In this document: positions 10,048-19,214 of the stretch, one piece after another | Numbering within the stretch: position 1 is the stretch's first letter | Layout: each line of letters starts with the position of its first letter | IMG/VR virus record: IMGVR_UViG_3300027303_000001 | DNA length: 64,000 nucleotides | Reading direction: 5' to 3' (one strand) | Source: an uncultured virus (IMG/VR IMGVR_UViG_3300027303_000001) | Lineage: Duplodnaviria > Heunggongvirae > Uroviricota > Caudoviricetes | Position numbers and translations under genes: made by a program | The notes under the pieces: model-generated | Told to the model about the DNA's origin: nothing | Seen by the model: only the letters and a program-made list of their open reading frames with translations | Databases searched by the model: none

Positions 10048-11258
10048 GCGAGTTCCAGACCCGGGATAAGTGGGTCGGTATCGACAACCGCGCCAACTCG
10101 AAGTCAGTACCCGCTGGCTTCCTGCGCGACGCGGTCAATGTAGACCCACTTGGCGGCGGGGTGCTGGGGCTGCGTACTGGCTACACCCAGCGAACCCAAG
10201 CAGAGAGCGCCCGCGGCGCGCTGGCGATCAAAGACCAGATCCTGTACGCCGATGGTACCGACCTTGTCGCCTTCGACGTCCGCACCGACAGCTCGCAGGT
10301 GCTGGCTCAAGTGGCCGGCGCTGGGCGACTGGTCGGTACCGTGTGGAACGAGGAGTTGTTCTTCTGCACCGAGAACGAGACCCTGCGCTACGACGGCAAC
10401 ACACTGCGCCCGTGGGGCGTACCAACCGTTTTTCAGCAGCCGGTACCGCAGGTTACCGCTGGCGGGTTGGCTGCCGGCATGTATCTGTTCGCCTGCACCT
10501 TCACTGACGCCTCCGGCGATCAGGGCGCGACGGTCAATCCGATCCTGATGAACATCCCCGCGAACGGTGGTGTTGTGGTCAGTATGCCCACGGCGCCTGC
10601 TGGAGGTACTAGCCGTCTGTGGGCTGGCCCTCGCGACAGCGGAACGCTTTACTTGCAGGCGGAGGGACCGGGTGACGTTCTGATCAGTACGGTCACGGAC
10701 AGCAGCGAGCAGCTGGTGCTGATCAACCATATTGCCCCACCGATCGCCGACCACCTTGAGGCGTTCAACGGTCTTATCCTCGCCGCCTCCGATAAGACGC
10801 TGTGGTTCACCTTGCCGTTCCGTCCACACCTACTGACGTTGGCGGCCGCGTTCTTCCAGTACCCCGCGAAGATCGATGTGCTCATCTCCGTCGACGGCGC
10901 CACAGGTTCCGGCGGCGTGTACGTCTGCGCTGACCAGACGTACTGGGTCACTGACGTTGAGACCGACGCACCCAAACAGAAAACTCTGTTGCCCTATGGC
11001 GCTGTCGCCGGTACCGCCGCCCGTTTGCCTGACAACCGCGTGTGCTGGATGACCCGCTACGGCTTGGCAGTGGGCGACGAATCAGGCAAGATCCAGCTTA
11101 TCAGCGCGAACAATTTCGTGCCTGACCCCGCGGAACAGGGGGCGTCTGGTATGCTTGAGCACAACGGTAACCAGCTGGTGGTCACGACCATGCGCTCGAC
11201 GGGCGATAACCCGCTCGCCGCCAGCGACTTCTACGACCTGGAGATAGTGCCAACATGA
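10044..11258 (+). CDS. Putative tail (nozzle/stabilisation) protein
   Basis: GTG start overlaps the endolysin stop. Beta-rich, with a GIDN...LRDAVNVD N-terminus. Confidence 0.55.
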   Translation: MSEFQTRDKWVGIDNRANSKSVPAGFLRDAVNVDPLGGGVLGLRTGYTQRTQAESARGALAIKDQILYADGTDLVAFDVRTDSSQVLAQVAGAGRLVGTVWNEELFFCTENETLRYDGNTLRPWGVPTVFQQPVPQVTAGGLAAGMYLFACTFTDASGDQGATVNPILMNIPANGGVVVSMPTAPAGGTSRLWAGPRDSGTLYLQAEGPGDVLISTVTDSSEQLVLINHIAPPIADHLEAFNGLILAASDKTLWFTLPFRPHLLTLAAAFFQYPAKIDVLISVDGATGSGGVYVCADQTYWVTDVETDAPKQKTLLPYGAVAGTAARLPDNRVCWMTRYGLAVGDESGKIQLISANNFVPDPAEQGASGMLEHNGNQLVVTTMRSTGDNPLAASDFYDLEIVPT

Positions 11259-11791
11259 GCCGCCCCGACGCCATCCACGAGACGCTGATCAAACGCGGTT
11301 TCGTCTACACCCTCGACATCTACACCCCGGATGGCGAACTGGTAACACACGACACCTGGACCGAAGCGCAAAATCGTATCCCGCAGTCGGGCATCGACTA
11401 CTTCGCCAATGTCGCGCTGTTGGGCCAGCTGGCGCCGATCAGCAGCTGGTTCGTCGGCATGTACGAGAACAACTACGTGCCGGACAGCAACACCAGCGCA
11501 GCCGACCTGCCGGGTAACGCCGGCGAGACCGTGGCGTATAGCCAAGCGAGTCGCCCCGAGTGGCAGAAGAACTACGATGGTGTCGGGGTGATCAGCAACC
11601 TGGCAGCCCGCGCCGAGTTCTCGTTCACTCAGTCGAAAGTCTTGTACGGCGGGTTCCTGGTCAGCAACTCGGCCAAGGGCGGCAACAGCGGGACCCTTCT
11701 GTCCATCGCTCGTTTCCCAAGCCCTCGTCAGATCGACGCTGGTTACACCGGCCAGCTGGGCGTGGCTATCACGCTCGTGTCGACGAACTGA
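11255..11791 (+). CDS. Tail-associated structural protein
   Basis: 178 aa, beta-rich, in the tail module. Confidence 0.5.
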   Translation: MSRPDAIHETLIKRGFVYTLDIYTPDGELVTHDTWTEAQNRIPQSGIDYFANVALLGQLAPISSWFVGMYENNYVPDSNTSAADLPGNAGETVAYSQASRPEWQKNYDGVGVISNLAARAEFSFTQSKVLYGGFLVSNSAKGGNSGTLLSIARFPSPRQIDAGYTGQLGVAITLVSTN

Positions 11792-11800
11792 GGCTGACCC

Positions 11801-12178
11801 ATGGCCATGAGCCCCTATCTTCAAGTGCAAGTGCTGGGCCTGTTCAGCGGCCTGTTCGTGGCCCTGCATTCTGGCCCGCCCGGCGCTGACGGTACCGCCA
11901 ACGAGCTGACCGACGCGAACTATGTGCGTCGCGCCGTGACGTTCGGCAGTCCGTCCGACAGCGACGCTGACGGCGTCTATCAGATCAGCAACACCGCGCA
12001 GATCTCTTACCCCGGGCTGGCCGGTGCCGCGACCGTGGCCTACTTCAGCCTGTGGAGCGCGCTCACGGGTGGTAACTGCCTGCTGACCGTTCCACTCAAT
12101 CCATCTCGCGCCGTGGCAGCAGCCGGCGTCGTGCAGTTCGCTATCGGTGAACTGATTGTCAAAGGAGTTACCTCGTAA
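11801..12178 (+). CDS. Tail fibre-associated structural protein
   Basis: VALHSGPPG...ANE...YVRRAVTF...SNTAQISY...LWSALTGGN pattern common in phage tail proteins. Confidence 0.6.
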   Translation: MAMSPYLQVQVLGLFSGLFVALHSGPPGADGTANELTDANYVRRAVTFGSPSDSDADGVYQISNTAQISYPGLAGAATVAYFSLWSALTGGNCLLTVPLNPSRAVAAAGVVQFAIGELIVKGVTS

Positions 12179-12624
12179 TGACCCAGCTCAGCACCGGCTT
12201 GCGCAACGCTATTCTGACCGCTTCGCCGTTCAAGACGGCGCTGGCGAACTGCATCATCAACTTCTACAGCGGCACCATGCCAGCTTCCGCCGACGCAGCC
12301 AAGCCACAGGATGCGCTGCTGCTGTGCACGATCAGCGACGGTGGCACCGGCGGCGGTCTGAACTGGGAAGCGACTGCGGCTGGAGGCCAGTTGGCTAAGT
12401 CCAGCTCCCAGACGTGGCGCGGCAACAACGTGACCACTGGTACCGCGACATGGTGGTCTATGCAGTTGCCCAACGACGACGGCTCCGCTTCTACGACCGC
12501 TGTTCGTATGCAGGGCACTCTGGCTGCCATCGGCGCCGACATCAACCTTTCCAGCGTGGACTTGGTATCCGGGGCTGTCCAGACCTTGGATTACTTCGTG
12601 GTCGCCCTGCCTGCGTCGGTATAA
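12178..12624 (+). CDS. Tail-associated structural protein
   Basis: LSTGLRNA...IINFYSGTMPASAD...GTATWW...RMQG pattern. Confidence 0.6.
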   Translation: MTQLSTGLRNAILTASPFKTALANCIINFYSGTMPASADAAKPQDALLLCTISDGGTGGGLNWEATAAGGQLAKSSSQTWRGNNVTTGTATWWSMQLPNDDGSASTTAVRMQGTLAAIGADINLSSVDLVSGAVQTLDYFVVALPASV

Positions 12625-12639
12625 CCCCGGGGCGGCGAC

Positions 12640-14523
12640 ATGGCCAACAGGCTCACAAAGACCTCTAAAGCAGTGTTCACCCCGGGCGTTACTTTCGTCC
12701 CGGGCGTGCCTGCTCGCTGCTACACGTCGACCTACAACACCGATATTTACACGGAGTTGGGCAAGGTCTACAACCCGACGTACAAGAACGGCAAACTGGT
12801 TCTTACCGCCGCGCAAACCGCGCAGGTAAAAAACGCCAACTTCATTCAGGCCTTCACTTCGGTGGGTGGCCAGAGCGATGGCGTGCTGACCGGCGATGGT
12901 TCGTTCTACACCGCGGACTACGTGATCTTCTACGCGGTTCGTTCGATCCCCACCCAGCAGACCGTATGTACGCCGGCGGTTGCTCAAGTCCCCGGAAAAG
13001 CTTCTGCCTACGTCGTCGACACCCAGCGTGGGTGGACGTCGGGTGCGCGCAGCGCGGTCTTGCTGCCCGGTGATATGGTTGCCGAGTTCACGCTGCCGGG
13101 CACCCCGACAGGCATCGTCTGCGGACTGGCCAGTGGCGCTAAGGCAACTGACATCGGCGCGGTCGAGCACGGCGTCTACGCTTCGGTCGGCCAGTACCAG
13201 ATCATCGAGTCCGGCGTTGTCGTGGCAGCATCGCCAGTACCGCCAGATGGATCGCCACGCGTACGGATCTCCCGCAATGGTTCGAAGGTCACCTATGAGA
13301 TCGGCGACTGGAGCTACCAGAGCGACAAACCGTCCAACGGTGCCAAGCGCTTGCAGGCCTGCCTGTACGTGGCGGGGGACTACGTAGATTCTCCAACGTT
13401 GGCTAAGGTCGTATCGCTGTCCGGCGACGGATATGCGGGCGCACGCGGTACGGCGTCGACGAACACCTTCGAGGTTTACTCGCTGCGCGGTGTAGCTAGA
13501 GCCGGTGTGGTAGGCCAGGACCGCGGGTACGCAAGCGGTAAAGTCCAGCTGCGTCTGAACGTGTTGGGCGCGAACCGGGCCTACAGCCAGGGCAAAGCTG
13601 TTTTACCTCCGGCGCAAGTGATGGGGTACGGTGGGTTCCCTACGGTCAACATCGGCGGTGGTCAGGTCACCCTGCCGTTCTACACCCAAGGCGACAGCAA
13701 GACCGGCGGCATCGGTGGCGGCAACGTGTCGGTACCGCTCCGCCTGCGCGGATCTCAGGGCGCGTATGGCGAGGGTCGCGTACGCATCGCGCCGCTGCTG
13801 GTAAACGCCATCGGCGTGCCTCCGAGTCTGACTACAGACACCGCCACAGGGTTGGCGATCGTCGACGGCTATTTCTTCCAGCCGACAGTATTCTTTGTCC
13901 TCAACGAAACGATGGGTATCGGCTCGAGTATTCAGCTGGTGTTCGTCTTCCAGGAGGACCTGGCCGAGTTCCTGGCGCTGGGTGATACCGCCGACGCGAC
14001 GTTCATCATCGACATGCTGATCAAAAGCGGGTTGGGGATCGGCGACGATCTGAGCCAGGTCAACCGCGATCTGGTGCAGTACGTCACCAACGCGGCCACC
14101 GGCGGCGTCACTCGATATGACAACTTCGGGTTCCGGTCCTTTGTTCAGGTAGGCCAGCGCTCGTTCGGGCTGCGCGCTGACGGGCTGTATGAGCTGACCG
14201 GGGAGTCGGACAACGGCGAACTGATCAACGCTATTGTGGATTTCGTGGCTGAAGACTTCGGTACCGCCATGAAAAAGCGGGTCGACAACCTGTACGTAGG
14301 CCTCGCCACAGACGGACAGATCTTTGTCCGTATGCGCGACGATGACGGCCGGGAAGTCACCTACCGCGCTGCGCAGTATAAGAGCACCTACAAAGTGAAG
14401 ACTGGCAAAGGGCTGGCTTCGCGTTTCTGGAATATGCGTCTGGAGATCGTCGGGGCTACATACGGCGAGATCGACAACGTAGAATGGTACGTTGGCGCAA
14501 CTGGGCGTCGGCTCGGGAGATAG
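12640..14523 (+). CDS. Virion structural protein
   Basis: 627 aa, beta-rich, in the late operon. Confidence 0.55.
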   Translation: MANRLTKTSKAVFTPGVTFVPGVPARCYTSTYNTDIYTELGKVYNPTYKNGKLVLTAAQTAQVKNANFIQAFTSVGGQSDGVLTGDGSFYTADYVIFYAVRSIPTQQTVCTPAVAQVPGKASAYVVDTQRGWTSGARSAVLLPGDMVAEFTLPGTPTGIVCGLASGAKATDIGAVEHGVYASVGQYQIIESGVVVAASPVPPDGSPRVRISRNGSKVTYEIGDWSYQSDKPSNGAKRLQACLYVAGDYVDSPTLAKVVSLSGDGYAGARGTASTNTFEVYSLRGVARAGVVGQDRGYASGKVQLRLNVLGANRAYSQGKAVLPPAQVMGYGGFPTVNIGGGQVTLPFYTQGDSKTGGIGGGNVSVPLRLRGSQGAYGEGRVRIAPLLVNAIGVPPSLTTDTATGLAIVDGYFFQPTVFFVLNETMGIGSSIQLVFVFQEDLAEFLALGDTADATFIIDMLIKSGLGIGDDLSQVNRDLVQYVTNAATGGVTRYDNFGFRSFVQVGQRSFGLRADGLYELTGESDNGELINAIVDFVAEDFGTAMKKRVDNLYVGLATDGQIFVRMRDDDGREVTYRAAQYKSTYKVKTGKGLASRFWNMRLEIVGATYGEIDNVEWYVGATGRRLGR

Positions 14524-14526
14524 GCA

Positions 14527-15471
14527 ATGTCCTCAGAATATGACAGCACGACGTCCGCGCTGCTGGCGCAGGCCACCCGTGCGGTGTCCCTTGCTTCGGG
14601 CAGCGCCGGGCGAATCAACCTGGCCACCAAACCGACGTTGAAAGAAACGGCGTTCAACTACACGCCGCCAAAGATCGCTCTCGGCGCGCCGCCGAAGTTC
14701 TCTGACCTGTTCGATGGGTCCGATCACTCCGGTGCGAACTACAGCGTATTGAACGATCAGGTCGATGCGTGGGTGGCGAAGTATTTCCCGGCCATCAACG
14801 GCTCTTTCAGAAACCTGACCGAAGACTATACCGCCAACATCATCAGTGGCGTGAAGCCCTACGGCAGCGACACCACGGTGTTCGAGCGCGTGTGGTCACG
14901 GATGCGCGACCGTACGTACCGGACCGCCCAGACCGAGATACGCAGCGTCGAGGCGCGGTTCTCGAACCAAGGGTTCAGCCTTCCGCCCGGAGCAATGGTC
15001 GCGGCGCAGGCCGAGATCGATCGTCGTGCCACACAGGCGATCCTCGAGGTGAACGTCGAGCAGGCGGTGAAAGAGGCTGACATCGCGAAAGAGCTGCTGA
15101 TGCAGGCGGTGCAGATCGCTGCTCAGCTGAAACTGGGGATCCTCAACACGTCGGCCGAGTTCTTCCGCGCCTACTATGGGCTGAAGCAGCTGGACGTAGA
15201 CTCGGCGCGTATCCGCGCGCAGGCCTACCAGTCGTTCTACGCTGCGCTGGGCACCTACTACGATGTGGAAGTGGCGCAGGCCCGCCTGCAACTCCAGGCC
15301 AAGGAGACCGGCGCGCAGATCGACAACTCGATCGACCGCAACCGGGTGTCGATCTACGGCTCCAACGGTGTCGCCAACGCCCACGCTCAGGCTTCCCGCG
15401 GGTTCTCCGACATCGCTGCGCAGAGCGCCGCCGCTGCGGGCACTCTGGTTGCACAGATCGAGTCAGTATAA
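14527..15471 (+). CDS. Virion structural protein
   Basis: 314 aa, helical, with a GFSLPPGAM motif. Last plus-strand gene before the convergent block. Confidence 0.55.
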   Translation: MSSEYDSTTSALLAQATRAVSLASGSAGRINLATKPTLKETAFNYTPPKIALGAPPKFSDLFDGSDHSGANYSVLNDQVDAWVAKYFPAINGSFRNLTEDYTANIISGVKPYGSDTTVFERVWSRMRDRTYRTAQTEIRSVEARFSNQGFSLPPGAMVAAQAEIDRRATQAILEVNVEQAVKEADIAKELLMQAVQIAAQLKLGILNTSAEFFRAYYGLKQLDVDSARIRAQAYQSFYAALGTYYDVEVAQARLQLQAKETGAQIDNSIDRNRVSIYGSNGVANAHAQASRGFSDIAAQSAAAAGTLVAQIESV

Positions 15472-15777
15472 GTTACCGTAGCGACGGACCCTGCGCAGGG
15501 TCCGTTCGCGGCGAGCTGCCCACGCCTTGGTTTCGTCCAGACTCACCACCGTCACGATGGTACCGTCTTCGCTTACCACCAGAATCATCCTTCCCTCGGT
15601 GACCATGTAGCGAATGATCTGCGGCCCACGCATGCCTTTGACCCCACTGTAGTTCGGGTCGTTGAGGACACGCAGCAAGCGCTTGCTGACAGGTTTAGCC
15701 GTCAGCAAGTCCTTGGCCATGTCCACGTCTGGCGCCCGCTGGCGCCACCGTTGCTTCGCGTGGAGGCTTACCCTCAC
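15463..15777 (-). CDS. Hypothetical protein
   Basis: GTGA overlap with the primase stop; 104 aa, basic. Confidence 0.55.
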   Translation of the reverse strand: MRVSLHAKQRWRQRAPDVDMAKDLLTAKPVSKRLLRVLNDPNYSGVKGMRGPQIIRYMVTEGRMILVVSEDGTIVTVVSLDETKAWAARRERTLRRVRRYGNLY

Positions 15778-18700
15778 GGGACCGCCCGAAGATGCGCTGG
15801 CGCCTGTTGCGCCTGGACCACCGCCAGATCACCGACACCCAACAGCGATGGGTGCGCCATGTCGATAACCCAGCACACCGTCTGGATGCCGCCGTACTTG
15901 GTCCCCCTGCCCAAGGTCATGCGGTAGTTCTTGTTGAGCAGGATCTTCTCGGCGATCATCTCGCGTGTCAACGCGCTGACGTCAACGCCACGAAGCGCTG
16001 CGAACTTGCGGAAGTCCGCCCGATCCAGATACATCCGTGAGTTATGCTTCTCGATTCTGATGTGCATGCCGCGACCGCTGGCAGGCTCGTGCAGCATGGT
16101 GGCGTTGGTTGTGGCGGTGGCGTCCGAGTTCAAGATCAGGGTGGCACCCAAGCTGTTGTTGAGGTAGTCGGCCAGGATCGACTCGGCTTCTCGGGTGTTC
16201 TCGGTAACGGTACCGCGCATCTCAAGGATCACGTTGCATGCGAACTTCAACAGGCGTTGGATGTTGACGTTGGTAAGGCCGCAGGCGTTGGCCAGCTCGA
16301 AGCCGGTCAGCACACACGCCACGCCAGCCGACCAGAAGCGCTCGCCGCTGCTGACGTTGGCTTGGGCGTCGACGATCTGCACCCACTCGGCCACTCGGTG
16401 GCGCGCCCACGATTCGCTGGCAACCAGCTGTTGGGCGTAGACTTCGCCGGCCATCCCGTAGTGCTGGCTGATCAGCGAGTTCGGCCCCCAGTATTTGTCG
16501 GCCTCGGCTTTGGTCAATGTGTTGCTCGGCACCACGTACTCGAAGATCCGCGCGGACTCTGCCGACGAGTCGCCCTTGAGCTGACCCAGTCGGTCGTTCA
16601 GCGACTTGTTGCCGGTCATCAGCATCATGAGCTGCCAGTTGCCGAAGTTCTCCGCGGCCTGGGCGTTCTGTTGGAGTCGCTGGCGACCCTGCCCCTTGGA
16701 TACCGAGTAGGCCATGTCGGACACCGTCTCGTTGTCGAGGTTGGTGTGCTCGTCGTAGGTGACCGGCAGGTTCTTCAGAATGCCAAGCTTCTGATAGAAG
16801 GCTTTCTGGGTGTCGTGCTTGGCGTCCGCCCAGCCCATGGTCGGGTGACCCCAGATACTGTTGGCCATCATGGCAGCGGAGGACTTGCCCGCGCCGCGCT
16901 CGCCGACCAGCGATACCAGCATGCCGTTGAAGTTGGTGAACTTGAACAGCGGGCTGGCGAAGCCCACGCCGAAGCCGAACTGGTGAGCCTCGAGCCCCGG
17001 CCGGTCGTAGACGGCGGCGATCTGTTTCCAGACTTCGATATCGCCCTTGGCCTCGACCCATGACAGCGAGTTCGAGACGTTCTTGCTCGGCGCCACTTTC
17101 TGCACGCCGGCGGCGGTGATAACCCGGTCCGGCAGAACGAACTTGAGCTGGTCCTTGTGCCAGCCAAGCTGCGCGTAGATCACATTCGCCTGGGCCGCCT
17201 TCTGGAGGTCCCGCATATATCCGATCATGTATTGCACCAATTCACCTATGTGGGCGACGTCCACCAGCACGCCGAAAGAGCCCAGAGACTTGGACCAGTT
17301 CTTCGTATCGTAGAGCATCGACAGCGGGAGTTCGAATTCTTCCCAGCCCTCGTGTGGCAACCAGCGATTGATCACCGCCACGTACTCGTTCAGGCGCTCG
17401 TCCTTGATCAGCTTGGACGGGTAGATGTCGTGCTCGTAGATCACGATGTCTTCCGTGCTGCCGGTCTTCATGTCGCCAATGGTCATGGCGATACGATTGG
17501 TGCCGGTCAGCGGGTTCGTCACGCGCTTGTAGGGCTTCGGCGGCGGCGGCAGCGATATCTGCACCGTACCGGCAGCCGTGCTCAGCGAGATCATTGGCGG
17601 CGCTGCCTGCTTCAGTTCCTTGACGTTCTGAAGGGGCGTCGTGATCTTCCCGCGGAACGGACACTGATTGCACCCGCCCGGGCGGCTCGACTCGAACTTG
17701 GCGCAGGTCGTTGGCCCGTAATTACCATCTGTATGCTGCTGGATCTTCGCGTCGGTGGTAGCGGGGTCGTACGTGGGCGACTGCTTCGACATGAAGTGAA
17801 TGGCGCGTATCCCATCCTTGGCGTGACGTAGGCAGCCGATCATCGCGTACCACTGCGGCTCAGACACCAGACCCTGGTTGCTGGCCTGCCACGCAAGCTG
17901 CAAGCACGCCTGGACGACGAGACGGGGGTCAGGCTGGTCGTAGGCAGCTCCGTGCGCAGCAGCCTCGTTCAGAGCCGAGACGTCGATGGTGACGACTGGA
18001 GCCACACCGGCGATGTGCGGAGGCGGCGCGCCGAGTATCGTCATGGCTGACGGGCCACGGACCGGAGTGGGTTGGAGTTGTGCGCGGGCGGCCAGGGCCT
18101 CGATGTGCTTCAGGAACTGGTCGGTGTCGGTAGCGCCTGCCGGGACGACAACCTCCACCGGGCGTGGGGTACCAGTCTTCATGTTGAAGGTGCCGACCGG
18201 CCGCAAGATACTGGCTTGGTCGGCAGTCCGGGTAGGGTCAGCTTTCAACCCCCAAGCGGTTGTCAGTTGCTTGAACAGGTCAGCATAGTGCTCCCACTTC
18301 TCTGCCTGTATCTCACATGTGAGGGGCCAGTACGCGTGGTACCCGCCGCCGGAACTGATCACCAGCGGGCGGGGCAGGTTCATCTGGGCGCAGAACGAAC
18401 GCAGCGATGCCATGGCCTCCTCGCGGGTAGCGTAAACGTTATCCCCGGTGGCTGCTTTCGCTGCGTTGACGTCCAGATCCACCCAGAAGGACCTGATGAA
18501 CGCGGTGTTGTTGTGGCCGGTCTTATGGCGACCACGTACCTTTTTACCCGCAGCTTCGCGAGCCGTCTTGTTGAGTGTTGTCAGATCTTCCTTAACGCTA
18601 CCCAGCGCGAAGAACACGTCGTTGCCCTGAGCGGCCAGACCGCCTGCGCGGGCTGCTGCTGCTTCGATGGTGGCGTCTGCGAAGTGCTTGAAGTAGGGAA

Positions 18701-18800
18701 CCTGTTTGTTGGTACTCCGGTCTGTATAAGTGGCTGGAATGATTGTCAGGTACGCCCCTGTCTGGGGCCATACTGTCGCGAGGAAGTCTAGGGTATTCAC
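15774..18800 (-). CDS. Primase-helicase (AEP/RepB-type primase plus DUF927-like helicase)
   Basis: FWVDLD and SSGGGYHAYW primase motifs, a Cys cluster, Walker A GERGAGKS and Walker B VTYDE. AGGAGG RBS before the GTG. Confidence 0.85.
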   Translation of the reverse strand: MNTLDFLATVWPQTGAYLTIIPATYTDRSTNKQVPYFKHFADATIEAAAARAGGLAAQGNDVFFALGSVKEDLTTLNKTAREAAGKKVRGRHKTGHNNTAFIRSFWVDLDVNAAKAATGDNVYATREEAMASLRSFCAQMNLPRPLVISSGGGYHAYWPLTCEIQAEKWEHYADLFKQLTTAWGLKADPTRTADQASILRPVGTFNMKTGTPRPVEVVVPAGATDTDQFLKHIEALAARAQLQPTPVRGPSAMTILGAPPPHIAGVAPVVTIDVSALNEAAAHGAAYDQPDPRLVVQACLQLAWQASNQGLVSEPQWYAMIGCLRHAKDGIRAIHFMSKQSPTYDPATTDAKIQQHTDGNYGPTTCAKFESSRPGGCNQCPFRGKITTPLQNVKELKQAAPPMISLSTAAGTVQISLPPPPKPYKRVTNPLTGTNRIAMTIGDMKTGSTEDIVIYEHDIYPSKLIKDERLNEYVAVINRWLPHEGWEEFELPLSMLYDTKNWSKSLGSFGVLVDVAHIGELVQYMIGYMRDLQKAAQANVIYAQLGWHKDQLKFVLPDRVITAAGVQKVAPSKNVSNSLSWVEAKGDIEVWKQIAAVYDRPGLEAHQFGFGVGFASPLFKFTNFNGMLVSLVGERGAGKSSAAMMANSIWGHPTMGWADAKHDTQKAFYQKLGILKNLPVTYDEHTNLDNETVSDMAYSVSKGQGRQRLQQNAQAAENFGNWQLMMLMTGNKSLNDRLGQLKGDSSAESARIFEYVVPSNTLTKAEADKYWGPNSLISQHYGMAGEVYAQQLVASESWARHRVAEWVQIVDAQANVSSGERFWSAGVACVLTGFELANACGLTNVNIQRLLKFACNVILEMRGTVTENTREAESILADYLNNSLGATLILNSDATATTNATMLHEPASGRGMHIRIEKHNSRMYLDRADFRKFAALRGVDVSALTREMIAEKILLNKNYRMTLGRGTKYGGIQTVCWVIDMAHPSLLGVGDLAVVQAQQAPAHLRAVP

Positions 18801-18830
18801 GGCGCCTCCTTGGTTGGCGGGGTCAGTCTA

Positions 18831-19157
18831 TCAGACGATCCGTCCGGCGAGCGCGCCTTGCAGCAGTTCGACTTTTTTGGCCACGCTGTAGCCATCCATC
18901 GCCGCGTAAATGCCACGGGCTTCGTCGATCTCGTTGAGCTTTTCGATCTTCCCACGCACCGGTTCAGCCAAGTGGCGATAAATGTAGGTGTTCTCGCCCG
19001 TCGGCACGTGCAGGCCGCGCGCCCGTTTCAGCCAGCGGGACACGGTCGGGACGCTGACGCCGAACATCTCTGAGAGCTTGTGGGCGGACAGCCCGTTGGT
19101 TGTTGCGAAGGCTAGGAACAGGGCCAGGAATGCCGCGAGTTCTTCTTTGTTCAACAT
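18831..19157 (-). CDS. Helix-turn-helix DNA-binding protein
   Basis: LSAHKLSEMFGVSVPTVSRWLK is a classic HTH. Confidence 0.75.
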   Translation of the reverse strand: MLNKEELAAFLALFLAFATTNGLSAHKLSEMFGVSVPTVSRWLKRARGLHVPTGENTYIYRHLAEPVRGKIEKLNEIDEARGIYAAMDGYSVAKKVELLQGALAGRIV

Positions 19158-19182
19158 GATTGGTTACCTCGAAACCGGTAGA

Positions 19183-19206
19183 GCCCGCCCCAGATCTGGG
19201 GCGGGC
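19183..19206. terminator. GC-rich palindrome/hairpin downstream of the SSB-like gene
   Basis: GCCCGCCCCAGATCTGGGGCGGGC is a perfect inverted repeat, but the U-tail is poor. Confidence 0.45.
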
Positions 19207-19214
19207 AGCGTTAC